From an uncultured Acidobacteriota bacterium (lineage in GTDB: Bacteria > Acidobacteriota > Vicinamibacteria > Vicinamibacterales > UBA2999): DNA of 64,000 nucleotides. The number at the start of each line of letters is the position of its first letter. The first letter of the stretch is position 1. The notes beneath the pieces are model-generated. The model did not search any database, was not told the origin of the DNA, and was given only the letters and a program-made list of their open reading frames with translations. The DNA lies in contig CAWEAM010000003.1 in NCBI GenBank assembly GCA_963807105.1, positions 1,280,529-1,344,528 of the forward strand, in the 5' to 3' direction. A program made the position numbers and the translations under genes. Positions 1 to 9,195 of this stretch are shown here, one piece after another.

Positions 1-472
1 CGCGCCGCCACCAGTTCCCCCCCGAAGCCTGGACCGAGGCCGGATCCTTGTCCTTCTCCCGCACCCGTGCCAACGCCGGACCCGGCGCCGCCACCGGCAC
101 CAGAGCCTTGCGTCGTCACGGTTGACGGCAGTGGAGCGATCAAGTCGGGAACCGACTTAATCTGGCCCCAAGCGAAAGGGAACGCGGTGCGAGACAGAGG
201 ACAACAAAAGCGGTCCTCAGAAGCTGACGTCGCTTACGGAAGTGCTTGGGCATCCTCAATTTCACGATAACGCGGGAGCGCGGCCGGGGGTAGGGGCTAC
301 CGAGGCGTCCATGCAGAATGCAGGACTCGCATGGATCCAGCACAGGACAGACCGTCCGGGAATAACCACATCGGCTGGGCGCGCGAAGCGGAATCGTGGA
401 CGATTCTGACAGGACATGGACGGGCGCGGTCGGCAAGTCTTTTGCGATAATCGCCGAACTGTGCCCCCCGCC

Positions 473-1509
473 ATGCTTCGCCGCCGTTCCGCGCTGTCGA
501 TAGCAGGCCTTGCTGCTTTTCTCCTTACGACCAACCCTCTGTCGGGTCAGGATGGCTTCCGCTTCCGCAGCGGCGTCGACCTGATTAACGTCACCGCGAC
601 GGTCACCGATCGCTCCGGTCGCTTTGCCTCAGGGCTCACGCTGAATGACTTCGTCGTCTACGAGGACGATCGACCGATGGAAGTCACGCATTTCAGCGCC
701 GAGCGTGTGCCCGTGAGCCTCGGCATCGTCCTGGACACCAGCGGCAGCATGCAAGGCGAGAAGATCGAGAATGCGTTGGCCGCAATCGAGCGGTTTCTCG
801 ACCGGCAAGTCCAGACGACGAGGTCTTCCTGTACGGCTTTTCGAACGACGTCGAGCTCATTCAGGAGTGGACCACGAATCGGCGGGCGGTGAGTGCCAGC
901 CTGCGGCGCGTGCGCGCGTCGGGCGGCACGGCGATGTACGACGGCGTCGTCGAAGCCGTTCCCATGGCCCAGGCCGGACGGAACCGGAAGAAGGCCATCG
1001 TCCTCATCTCAGACGGCAACGACACCAACAGCCAGACCACGATTCGCGACGTTCGACAAGTCGTCCGTCAAACAGAGGTGCTGCTGTATGCCATTGGTAT
1101 CGACGGCCAAGGAGACCGGACCATCACGCCACGGACGCCGACGTTCCCGCGGGCCCCGATGCCGCCGCCGATTCCATTCCCGATTCCCGGTCGCGGCCGC
1201 CCTCGCACGCCGTGGCCGGGTTCGCCCCAAGATGCGCAATTACCACGGTGGGGAGTCGCGGACGATCGACTCAACGTCGCGGCACTGCGTGAGATCACCG
1301 ATGACAGTGGCGGTCGCACCGAGATCGTGCGCAGCGCACGCGATCTCGATCCCGCAACGGCGAGCATCGCCGATGAATTGAGCCAGCAGTACTACCTCGG
1401 GTACCCGAGTGCGGGCCATCGTGACGGCCGCTGGCACGCGATCCGTGTCGAGGTGCGTGACCCATCGCTGCGCGTCAGAGCACGCCGGGGCTACCTCGCG
1501 ACATCGTAA
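473..1509 (+). CDS. VWA-domain protein (Acidobacteria-type VWFA family), reading frame broken near 810
   Basis: ORFs 416..892 and 889..1509 are halves of one protein. Frame 2 carries a signal-like MLRRRSALSIAGLAAFLL, FRSGVDLINVTATVTD and the MIDAS motif DTSGSM. PDDEVFLYGFSNDVELIQEW..SGGTAMYDG..LISDGNDT continues in the -1 frame from ~811. Colinear with the intact paralogue 6560..7507. ATG 473 taken as start. Confidence 0.8.
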
Positions 1510-1550
1510 CGTTCGAACCCCGAAATCGGGACGCGACCGAACCAGACACG

Positions 1551-2378
1551 CTAGCGAACAAACACCGCTCCTTCACCTTTCGCCTTGACCAGCTTGTCGA
1601 TGACGCCCTGCATGCGATCCCTACGCTCGATAATCGCGCGGATCTCCCGCGTACCGATCCACTTTCCCAATGCAGGCGTCAGGGACTCGACCGTCAGTGC
1701 TTGCAATCGATCCCAGAGCTCCCGATCGACGCGCGTCAACTCGTGCACCATATCTTTCTTCGTCGTGAATGACCGCGTGTGATCGATCAGGATCAGATTC
1801 CAGGACGGATCGACCAGCCAGTTCCCGAGATTGGGATCGATGTTGCAGATGAGATTGTCGAACATCTTGGCTCGAATGATCTGGCGGCTCCAGGCCTCGA
1901 GTTTGTCGGCGGGCGCAGACGGCGGGCCGCCGAGATCACCAAAGCTCTTGATGGGAGACACCCACATAATGGCGGCGCCCACGTCGCCTTTCACTTGACG
2001 CTCCACGGTGGGAGGAATCATCTCCAGCGCGAGCAGCTTGTCGAGCTCGTACGCAGCGATTTCCGACTTGTAGCTCTCCCAATATCCGGAATGTAGCCCG
2101 GGCCTGATGGTCTTCCAGGCCATGCGATCCACAAGGCCGCCCGGCGCGAGATAGGCGCGACGTGGTTTCGTCACGCCGAGACCGATCTCCTCCAGCTTCA
2201 CGACGTCAGCCGCTCTCAAATATTCTTCGATTGCCTGACGACGATCGATCCACGTCTTGGCGTTGGTGGTCTCGACGCCGGCCTGTTGTGCGAGGGTGAT
2301 AGGCGCGTGATTGAAGAGAGATACGCCGCTGGCGAGCAAGCAAAGCACGACAAGTGATGCGCGACGGGACGCTGCCAT
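1551..2378 (-). CDS. secreted hypothetical protein with possible PI3/PI4-kinase-like fold
   Basis: Single unbiased 275-aa ORF with an N-terminal signal peptide (MAASRRASLVVLCLLASGVSLF..AQQ). The C-terminal half has NIDPNLGNWLV and LILIDHTRSF, which resemble the N-x-D-x4-N-W-L and I-D-x4-F segments of type II PI4-kinase-like proteins. Assignment is from motif memory only. Confidence 0.6.
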   Translation of the reverse strand: MAASRRASLVVLCLLASGVSLFNHAPITLAQQAGVETTNAKTWIDRRQAIEEYLRAADVVKLEEIGLGVTKPRRAYLAPGGLVDRMAWKTIRPGLHSGYWESYKSEIAAYELDKLLALEMIPPTVERQVKGDVGAAIMWVSPIKSFGDLGGPPSAPADKLEAWSRQIIRAKMFDNLICNIDPNLGNWLVDPSWNLILIDHTRSFTTKKDMVHELTRVDRELWDRLQALTVESLTPALGKWIGTREIRAIIERRDRMQGVIDKLVKAKGEGAVFVR

Positions 2379-2469
2379 ATGGAGCCTCCGTTGCTAACGA
2401 CGGGTGCGGACGCCGGCATTCTACACCTGTTCTCGTTACCCTTGCGGATCGGCCGGTGTACCGAGATGG

Positions 2470-3123
2470 TCACAGGAGCGTCCCTCGTAGGATGACGACG
2501 GCGACGGAGAAATAGATCACCAACCCTGTCACGTCGACGAGCGTCGCGACAAACGGAGCCGATGAGGCCGCCGGATCGAAACCGAGGCGTGTGAGGAGAA
2601 GTGGGAGGAGCGACCCGCTCAGCGTGCCCCACAGCACCACGCCGATGAGCGAGACCGCGACGGTGAGCGCCACGAGGAGCCAGTGCTGGCCGTACATGTC
2701 TGAAAACGCGGACCACAGCGTGATCCGCAGGAAGCCGATGCTGCCGAGAATGGCGCCGAGCGCCAGGCCCGCCATGAGCTCTCGGCGCATGACGCGCCAC
2801 CAGTCGGTCAGGTTGACTTCGCCCAACGCCAACGCCCGAATCACCAACGTCGCGGCCTGCGATCCCGAGTTGCCGCCGCTGGAGATGATGAGCGGAACGA
2901 ACAGGGCGAGGACGACGGCTTTCGCAATTTCATCCTCGAAGAAGCCCATCGCGGTAGCGGTGAGCATCTCGCCGAGAAACAGTGCCGTCAGTGAGGGCGG
3001 CACGGATGATCTCTGGTGACTCGCCGTTGATGATAGCCTCGGGGACTCTGGGGGCCAGGGACCTGCGAGTGTTCGGGCATTTTGCAGCTTTGCCGATCCG
3101 CAGATCCCGCACTTTGCAGCCAC
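2470..3123 (-). CDS. mgtE: MgtE-family Mg2+ transporter, membrane domain only (N-terminal and CBS domains absent)
   Basis: [64 protein letters not shown] is the MgtE 5-TM channel domain. Only 96 nt separate the ORF start from the divergent regulator gene, so the ~270-aa cytosolic N/CBS part cannot be encoded here. Confidence 0.7.
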   Translation of the reverse strand: MAAKCGICGSAKLQNARTLAGPWPPESPRLSSTASHQRSSVPPSLTALFLGEMLTATAMGFFEDEIAKAVVLALFVPLIISSGGNSGSQAATLVIRALALGEVNLTDWWRVMRRELMAGLALGAILGSIGFLRITLWSAFSDMYGQHWLLVALTVAVSLIGVVLWGTLSGSLLPLLLTRLGFDPAASSAPFVATLVDVTGLVIYFSVAVVILRGTLL

Positions 3124-3218
3124 GTCGCGGATGGAGTTGTCCGGGGCCTCGTCTCACGTCAACATGCGGGTGAAAGGCCAATGGCGGAAGTCTTGCGACG
3201 AGCAACGGGCGGTAGCTG

Positions 3219-4625
3219 ATGGCACACGTTGCGCAAGAGCAGGTGCGCCCTCCTGCGAGCGTCAGCAAGGCGCCATGGGGGGCGCTAGTGGTCGACGACG
3301 ATGCTGGCGTTCGGCAGTCGCTGAGACTCTGCCTGGAAGCGGCCGGCGCACGTGTGCTCGGCGTGGCGACAGGCGGCGCAGCCCTTGAAGCCCTGGATCG
3401 CGGGCGCTTCGAGGTAGTCTTTTTGGACTTGTGGCTTGGCGCCGAACAGGGTCTCGATCTCCTTCCTGAGATGCTGGCGCGGCAGCCGGATCTCGGTGTG
3501 ATTGTCGTCACCGCGTTCGCGTCTATCGAGAGCGCTGTCAACGCGATCAAGCGCGGCGCCGTGGACTACGTGCCGAAGCCATTTACCCCCGATCAGATTC
3601 GGCTGGCTGCCAATCGGGTCGTGGAGGCGCAGCGGCTTCGGCGCCGTTTGGCGGAGCTTCAGGAGGAATTGGACGAAAGCGGCGAGCCCGCCTTCTTCGA
3701 GTCACACAGTCCAACGTTTCTCAGGTTTCTCCAGACCGCGGCCCGGGCAGCGGCCTCAGACGCCGTCCTGCTCCTCCGAGGCGAGAGCGGCACGGGCAAG
3801 AACATCCTCGCGCGCTGGATTCGGGCCAACAGCCCGCGAGCCGAAGCGCCCTTCGTCATCGTCAATTGCCCTGCGCTTTCCGGCGATCTCATGACGAGCG
3901 CGCTCTTCGGTCATCGCAAGGGTGCGTTTACGGGTGCGATAGCCGATGTCGGCGGCAAAGTGCAGGAAGCCGAGGGCGGAACGCTCGTCCTCGACGAGGT
4001 CGGCGAGCTCACCGCCGACGCGCAAGCGCGCCTGCTTCGATTTCTCAACGACCGCACGTATGAGCGACTCGGCGAGGCGCGGGAACGGCAAGCCGACGTC
4101 CGGCTGGTCGGCGCCACAAATCGCGAGCTCGAAGAGGAAGTTCAGGCGGGACGGTTTCGCGAGGATCTGTTCTATCGCCTGAACGTCGTGACCCTCAGCC
4201 TGCCGGCGCTCCGAGAGCGTCCGGAGGACATTCTCTTGTTGGCGCATCACTATCTGTCCATCTTCGGCCACAAGCAGCGCCGCACGGCGCTCACGTTTTC
4301 TCCGGCGGCCGAGCAGGCGATGGTGGCGCACCGGTGGCCGGGCAATCTTCGCGAGTTGCGCAACGCCGTCGAGCGTGCGGTCATCCTCGCGCACCGCGAC
4401 GTACTCGATCTATCGGATCTTGGATTGGTGCCGGAATCGGCCTCCGACACCGAGGGCGGCGCACCAGCAGCGCGCGTCGGCGCGCTCGTCTCGCTCGACG
4501 CACTGGAGCGCGAGCACATTGCGCGCGTCGTCGCACAGTCACCGTCTCTCGAAGCCGCCGCGCGCGTGCTCGACATCGACGCAACGACGCTCCAGCGGAA
4601 GCGCAAACGCTATGGACTCGCCTGA
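3219..4625 (+). CDS. sigma54-dependent response regulator (NtrC class)
   Basis: REC domain (ALVVDDDAGVRQSL). AAA+ domain with Walker A GESGTGK, HRKGAFTGA (the GAFTGA motif), Walker B LVLDEVGEL and WPGNLRELRNAVERAVIL. C-terminal Fis-type HTH. Confidence 0.92.
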   Translation: MAHVAQEQVRPPASVSKAPWGALVVDDDAGVRQSLRLCLEAAGARVLGVATGGAALEALDRGRFEVVFLDLWLGAEQGLDLLPEMLARQPDLGVIVVTAFASIESAVNAIKRGAVDYVPKPFTPDQIRLAANRVVEAQRLRRRLAELQEELDESGEPAFFESHSPTFLRFLQTAARAAASDAVLLLRGESGTGKNILARWIRANSPRAEAPFVIVNCPALSGDLMTSALFGHRKGAFTGAIADVGGKVQEAEGGTLVLDEVGELTADAQARLLRFLNDRTYERLGEARERQADVRLVGATNRELEEEVQAGRFREDLFYRLNVVTLSLPALRERPEDILLLAHHYLSIFGHKQRRTALTFSPAAEQAMVAHRWPGNLRELRNAVERAVILAHRDVLDLSDLGLVPESASDTEGGAPAARVGALVSLDALEREHIARVVAQSPSLEAAARVLDIDATTLQRKRKRYGLA

Positions 4626-4631
4626 ACGCAG

Positions 4632-6563
4632 ATGATCCCAGGCCGCCTTCGTCTCCGATTCGTCGTCGCCGCGGGCCTGCTGGTGCTCACCACCGTCACG
4701 GCTAGCGTCTGGACGTTCTTCTCGTTGTCCCGCCTCAGTGGCATCGTAACCGACACGGTGCAACAAAGTGAGTCAGTCACCGCGGTGACGTCACGGCTCT
4801 CGGGTGCGCTGGAGCGCGAGGACGATGCCGTACTCCTGATCCTCGCAGGCGATGTCCGCGGCACGCAGGTGTTGGCCACCGAGCGAAGTGTCGTCGACAA
4901 AGGCCTGGCCGAGCTCTTCGGCGTGTTGGAGCCGGACGATGAGCGCGAGCTCGCAACCCCGCTGCAAGCGGAGCTCAGAGCGTATCGGCAGGCGGCTGAT
5001 GGCGTCATCGCGATGTCGCGTGAGCGTGAAGCCCTGGTGCAGTACCACCAGACGGCGAACCCGGTGCTCCGCCGGGTCGTCGCACGCACGACAGCGATCC
5101 GAGATCGGCATTTTGAGTTGGCGCGAGAGGCCGTCGCTGGCGCCCGCGATGAGGCTGCCGGGGCCCGTCGCGCGGTCCTGGCGATCACGCTGGCAGCGCT
5201 CGGGATAGCGGTGGCGGTGGCGTGGCATCTGACGCGGACCGTCGTCGGACCGGTGCGACGTCTCACGCGGGGCGCCAATGCCATCCGCGACGGAGACTTC
5301 TCCCAGCGCATCGATGTCGCGTCGCGCGACGAGCTCGGCGAGCTCGCTGCGGCCTTCAATCAGATGGCGGAGGATTTATTAGAGTTCCGGCGAACGAACA
5401 TCGGTGAAGTCGTACGCGCCAAGAACACGTTGGAGGCGACGCTGGAAGCGCTGCCGGACGCCGTGGTCCTGCTCGATTCCGCCGGGCGGATTCAGTCCAT
5501 GAATCGGGCTGCGGTCGAGGCTCTCGCCTCGGCCGGTGTGAATGAACCCCGGTCTCTCGACGACCTCGTGCTCGATGGCTTGGACCTGCACGCCATGGCG
5601 AGAGCGATCGCGACGGGCACTGGTGCCGTTCCACCAGCGGACCTCACGCGCACGATTCGCGTCGAACAGGATGGTTCGGTGACGCGGTTGCTGCCGCGTG
5701 TCGTGCCGGTGCCAGCGCTGACCCCACAACTGGGAGGCGCCGTGCTCTTGCTGTACGACGTGACCGACCTGGTTCGGCTCGACGAAATGCGGTCGGAGTT
5801 GGTCGCGGTGGCATCCCACGAACTGCAGACGCCGTTGACGACGCTGAGAATGACCTTGCTGATGTTGCAGGAGGCGTCGGCCGTGCTTCCCGAACGACAA
5901 CGAGAGCTCGTCGCCACGTCGCTCATCGGCGTTGAACAGCTGACGGAAACGGTTCATGAGTTCCTGGATTTGACGCGGGTCGAAGCCGGTGAGCTTCGCC
6001 TGAATCTCGAGCCTGTTCACGTCTCGGCGGTGATGGCAGACGCAGTTCGCCGGATTGAGGGGCAGGCGAAGGCGCAGGGCATCTCTCTCTTGGCTCATCT
6101 CAACACAGACCTTGCGCCCATCTCGGCTGACCCTCTTCGTTTGCGCGCGGTCTTCGCCAATATCCTCTCGAATGCGCTCAAATACACGCCCGAAGGAGGG
6201 CGCGTGACCGTCGAAAGTCAGCGCCGCGCCGCGTCTCATCCGGGCGGATCGCCGATGGTGTCCATCAGCGTCGTCGATACGGGTCCGGGCATCCCCGTCG
6301 CGTTCCGGTCGCGAGTGTTCGACAAGTTTTTCCGACTCGAACACCATCAGAGCGACCAACACCAAGGGGCGCGAGGAGCCGGAATTGGTCTCTACATGTG
6401 CCGGCAGATCGTCGAGCTGCATGGCGGCGAAATCTCCTGCAGTACGGGTCCCGATGGGCAGGGCACACGCATTGCGATAAGCCTGCCGGCCAGGAGCGAA
6501 GGCGTCGCGCCCGTCCTGACGGGCTCCACAACGTACGCTACTCCGCAGGAGAGCACGAGATGA
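4632..6563 (+). CDS. sensor histidine kinase (TM sensor, HAMP, PAS-like, HisKA, HATPase_c)
   Basis: Starts 6 nt after the regulator stop. HAMP (DELGELAAAFNQMAEDL), H-box ASHELQTPLT, N-box NALKYTPEGG, G1 DTGPGI, G2 GAGIGLYMC. Confidence 0.9.
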   Translation: MIPGRLRLRFVVAAGLLVLTTVTASVWTFFSLSRLSGIVTDTVQQSESVTAVTSRLSGALEREDDAVLLILAGDVRGTQVLATERSVVDKGLAELFGVLEPDDERELATPLQAELRAYRQAADGVIAMSREREALVQYHQTANPVLRRVVARTTAIRDRHFELAREAVAGARDEAAGARRAVLAITLAALGIAVAVAWHLTRTVVGPVRRLTRGANAIRDGDFSQRIDVASRDELGELAAAFNQMAEDLLEFRRTNIGEVVRAKNTLEATLEALPDAVVLLDSAGRIQSMNRAAVEALASAGVNEPRSLDDLVLDGLDLHAMARAIATGTGAVPPADLTRTIRVEQDGSVTRLLPRVVPVPALTPQLGGAVLLLYDVTDLVRLDEMRSELVAVASHELQTPLTTLRMTLLMLQEASAVLPERQRELVATSLIGVEQLTETVHEFLDLTRVEAGELRLNLEPVHVSAVMADAVRRIEGQAKAQGISLLAHLNTDLAPISADPLRLRAVFANILSNALKYTPEGGRVTVESQRRAASHPGGSPMVSISVVDTGPGIPVAFRSRVFDKFFRLEHHQSDQHQGARGAGIGLYMCRQIVELHGGEISCSTGPDGQGTRIAISLPARSEGVAPVLTGSTTYATPQESTR

Positions 6564-7507
6564 CGCGAAGGTTGTCATCGACGCTGGCGATGGTCGCCGT
6601 CATGAGCTCGGTCATTGGTCCCGGCCATCGACCGGCGCTACTTGCGCAGGCACCGCCCTCTCCGTTTCGCAGCGGCGTCGATCTCGTGTCGCTCAGCCTC
6701 ACCGTCCGCAATTCCGCCCACAGCTATGTCGGCGATCTCAACCGCGACGACTTTGTCGTGCTGGAAAACGGCGTGCCGCAGAATGTCACTTTCTTCGCCA
6801 GGACAGCGGTTCCGCTGACGCTGGCGCTGTTGCTCGATTCGAGCGCCAGCAGGGAACAGGCGATGGCGACCGCCCAAGAAGCCGCCATCGGGTTCGTACG
6901 CACACTTGCGCGGGCAGATATGGCGGCGATCGTCGATTTCGACAGCCGCGTCGCGATGGCGCAAGGGTTTACGAGCGATGTCCGTGCGCTCGAAGCGGCG
7001 ATTCGTGGAACGAAAGCCGGTGGATCCACAGCGATGTTCAATGCCGTCTACATTGCTCTGAAGGCGCTGGGCAAGAAGACAGCGCCAGACGAGGAGCAGA
7101 GACCCCGGCGCCGCGCGATCATCCTCCTGTCTGATGGCGACGACACCTCCAGCCTCGTCAGCTTCGAAGAGGTACTCGATGCGGCGTCGCGTTCTGACAC
7201 CGCCATCTACACGATTGGCCTCGGTGTCAAGGAGGCCTCGGGGCCACGCGCGGGCAGCCAGGAAGGCGCGTTCATCCGGCGCCGGCTGGCGGAACAAACA
7301 GGCGGCCGCGCGTTCTTTCCAAAGGAAGCCAGGGACCTCGCCGGTGTCTATGGGGATATCCGCGAAGAGCTCTCGAGCCAGTATTCCCTGGCATACGAGT
7401 CGAGCAGCGCGCGAAGAGATGGCGAGTGGCGACGTATCGCCGTCCGTGTCCATCGCGAGGGCGTCACAGTTCGAACCAAGCAGGGCTACTTCGCTCCACG
7501 CAAGTGA
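6560..7507 (+). CDS. VWA-domain protein (Acidobacteria-type VWFA family), intact paralogue
   Basis: ATG 6560 overlaps the kinase stop (ATGA). Signal peptide MTRRLSSTLAMVAVMSS. FRSGVDLVSLSLTVRN, MIDAS LLDSSAS, GGSTAMFNAV, ILLSDGDDT. The C-terminal EWRRIAVRV..GYFAP mirrors the end of the 473..1509 product. Confidence 0.87.
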   Translation: MTRRLSSTLAMVAVMSSVIGPGHRPALLAQAPPSPFRSGVDLVSLSLTVRNSAHSYVGDLNRDDFVVLENGVPQNVTFFARTAVPLTLALLLDSSASREQAMATAQEAAIGFVRTLARADMAAIVDFDSRVAMAQGFTSDVRALEAAIRGTKAGGSTAMFNAVYIALKALGKKTAPDEEQRPRRRAIILLSDGDDTSSLVSFEEVLDAASRSDTAIYTIGLGVKEASGPRAGSQEGAFIRRRLAEQTGGRAFFPKEARDLAGVYGDIREELSSQYSLAYESSSARRDGEWRRIAVRVHREGVTVRTKQGYFAPRK

Positions 7508-7517
7508 CGCACCCCTG

Positions 7518-8354
7518 ATGCGAGGGACAGCTATGAGGACAGGCAGGCGCGTGGTCACTGCGATGGTACTGTCGTGTGTCCTTGCAGCGACCGCGTTGGC
7601 ACAGCGCTATCGGCTCCCTGAAGGTCCCAACGTCCCTCCCAGATTCCCACCGCCGGACTTCCATGATGGCAGCTTCACGCATTGCAAGATCATGTACACC
7701 AGCGTGCGGAGCGAAGCGAATGGTATGGGCTGGGCGACTGACTACCCCTTTGCCGGCATTAATTTGCTGACGCGAGTGAAGGAGCTCACCAAGACACCTG
7801 TGAGCGTCGACGCACAAGGACGTCCGAACTACTGGGTGGTGCGCCTGACCGACGAGGCGCTGTTCAATTGTCCGTTCACGACGGCGACCGATGTGGGCAC
7901 CGCCGCGTTCTCGTCAGAAGAGACGCAGCGATTGCGCGCGTATCTACTTAAAGGCGGGTTTCTGTGGGTCGATGATTTTTGGGGAACCCAGGCATGGGAG
8001 CAGTGGTCCTCCGAAATGCACAACGTCTTGCCGGAGTATCCGATCGTCGATGTACCCGCTGACCATCCCATCCGGCGCTCGATGTTCAACCTTCCAGAAA
8101 TCCCACAGGTGACGAGTATCAACTTCTGGCGTCGGAACGGCGGTATCACATCCGAGCGAGGCTCCGACAGCCCACACGCCAATTTCCGCATGATCGCGGA
8201 TGCGGAAGGGCGGATCATGGTCCTGATGACCCACAATACCGATATCGGTGACTCGTGGGAGCGTGAAGGTGAGGACCCGGAATTCTTCAGGTTGTTCTCA
8301 CCTGATGGATACGCATTGGGCATCAATGTCGTGCTCTACGCCTTGACACATTGA
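7518..8354 (+). CDS. DUF4159-domain protein
   Basis: Starts 11 nt after the VWA stop (alternative ATG 7533). Signal peptide RRVVTAMVLSCVLAATALA. GWATDYPFAGINLLTRV, LRAYLLKGGFLWVDDFWG, TSERGSDSPH, MTHNTDIGDSWE and NVVLYALTH match my memory of DUF4159. The longer ORF from 7134 overlaps the VWA gene and is unlikely. Confidence 0.75.
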   Translation: MRGTAMRTGRRVVTAMVLSCVLAATALAQRYRLPEGPNVPPRFPPPDFHDGSFTHCKIMYTSVRSEANGMGWATDYPFAGINLLTRVKELTKTPVSVDAQGRPNYWVVRLTDEALFNCPFTTATDVGTAAFSSEETQRLRAYLLKGGFLWVDDFWGTQAWEQWSSEMHNVLPEYPIVDVPADHPIRRSMFNLPEIPQVTSINFWRRNGGITSERGSDSPHANFRMIADAEGRIMVLMTHNTDIGDSWEREGEDPEFFRLFSPDGYALGINVVLYALTH

Positions 8355-8697
8355 CGGTGTGACGACGAGCAATCGCCGCGAGCGGTGCTTTCGCGACGAC
8401 CATCAAGCTTCGACGGTTTCACGCGCAGTTTCGCATCGTCGAAGCCGGTGCTAGGCGGCCGCCTCCGCAGTAGAGTTCGAAGTTCATGATCGGTACGAGG
8501 CGATGGGCTGCCCAGTCAGGCGATAGGGTTACGAAGTCGGGGGCTTCCCGTACACCATCTCGCGCCGCGGCCCGAAACGGTTTCTTGGCTCAGCGGGACC
8601 GACCATGAACGACCGGTCATTGCTGTGAGGCCCGCGTGCGAGCAGTAGAAACTTGACCCCCAGGGGACCGTACCGCTAGCCTGTAGCGGTAACAACC

Positions 8698-9069
8698 GTG
8701 CCTCAGCCCTTGAACCGCGCCTGGCGTTCGGCCGTGTCGTGCGCGCTCGTCGCAGTGCTGGCGGTCGTGTCCCTGGAGCCACTGGTCCACACAGCGGAGG
8801 GTCACGACGCCGATTGCCAGACGGTGATTGTCGCCCACGACGCCACAGCCCACCGCGTGTCATCAGGGCCGAAGCATGAGACCGATCGCGGGGACAACCA
8901 CTGTGTGGTCTGCCACCTGTTCCGGACGTCGCGAACACCGGCGAAAACCCGCACTGCAATAGACGCGCTGCGCGTGGCAACCATCGTCACGCTGCATGCG
9001 CAAGCCGTCGGCACTGCCGATGGTGTTTTTACACTGCTCGCCGCACGCGCGCCGCCGGCGCGAGCCTAG
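8698..9069 (+). CDS. small exported Cys/His-rich protein (hypothetical)
   Basis: GTG-initiated 123-aa ORF with one hydrophobic helix (AVSCALVAVLAVVSL), then HTAEGHDADC and HCVVCHLF. Sits directly upstream of the TonB receptor. The competing antisense ORF 8516..8980 is Arg/Pro-rich and looks spurious. Confidence 0.35.
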   Translation: MPQPLNRAWRSAVSCALVAVLAVVSLEPLVHTAEGHDADCQTVIVAHDATAHRVSSGPKHETDRGDNHCVVCHLFRTSRTPAKTRTAIDALRVATIVTLHAQAVGTADGVFTLLAARAPPARA

Positions 9070-9085
9070 GCCTTTCCATACTGCG

Positions 9086-9125
9086 GCCGATCACGCGATC
9101 GGCTGAATGAATTCGTCTTTTTATT
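9086..9125 (+). terminator. hairpin plus T-rich tract between the small ORF and the TonB receptor (terminator or attenuator-like)
   Basis: GCCGATC-acgc-GATCGGC 7-bp stem at 9086-9103, followed 11 nt later by gtctttttatttc. Confidence 0.35.
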
Positions 9126-9195
9126 TCGGACAGCGTGCCCACGCACGTCTGTCAATTGCTGGCCGGCGCGGGCCGTGCCGACAGGACAGGAGCTT

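Noticed and set aside
3209-3226. sigma54-type TGGCAC..GC element (gatggcacacgttgcgca) near the regulator gene
   Set aside because: It overlaps the regulator's own start codon (ATG GCA CAC GTT GCG), lacks the TTGC -12 box at the correct spacing, and could not drive the gene it sits in. Other TGGCAC occurrences I checked (7587, 9381, 44216, 60066) also lack a -12 element.
8453-8464. 12-nt palindrome AGGCGGCCGCCT and the nearby 9-bp inverted repeat GCTTCGACG/CGTCGAAGC (8407-8445) downstream of the DUF4159 gene
   Set aside because: Short GC-rich palindromes are expected by chance in this composition. The 21-nt loop and absence of a U-tract make a terminator call weak.
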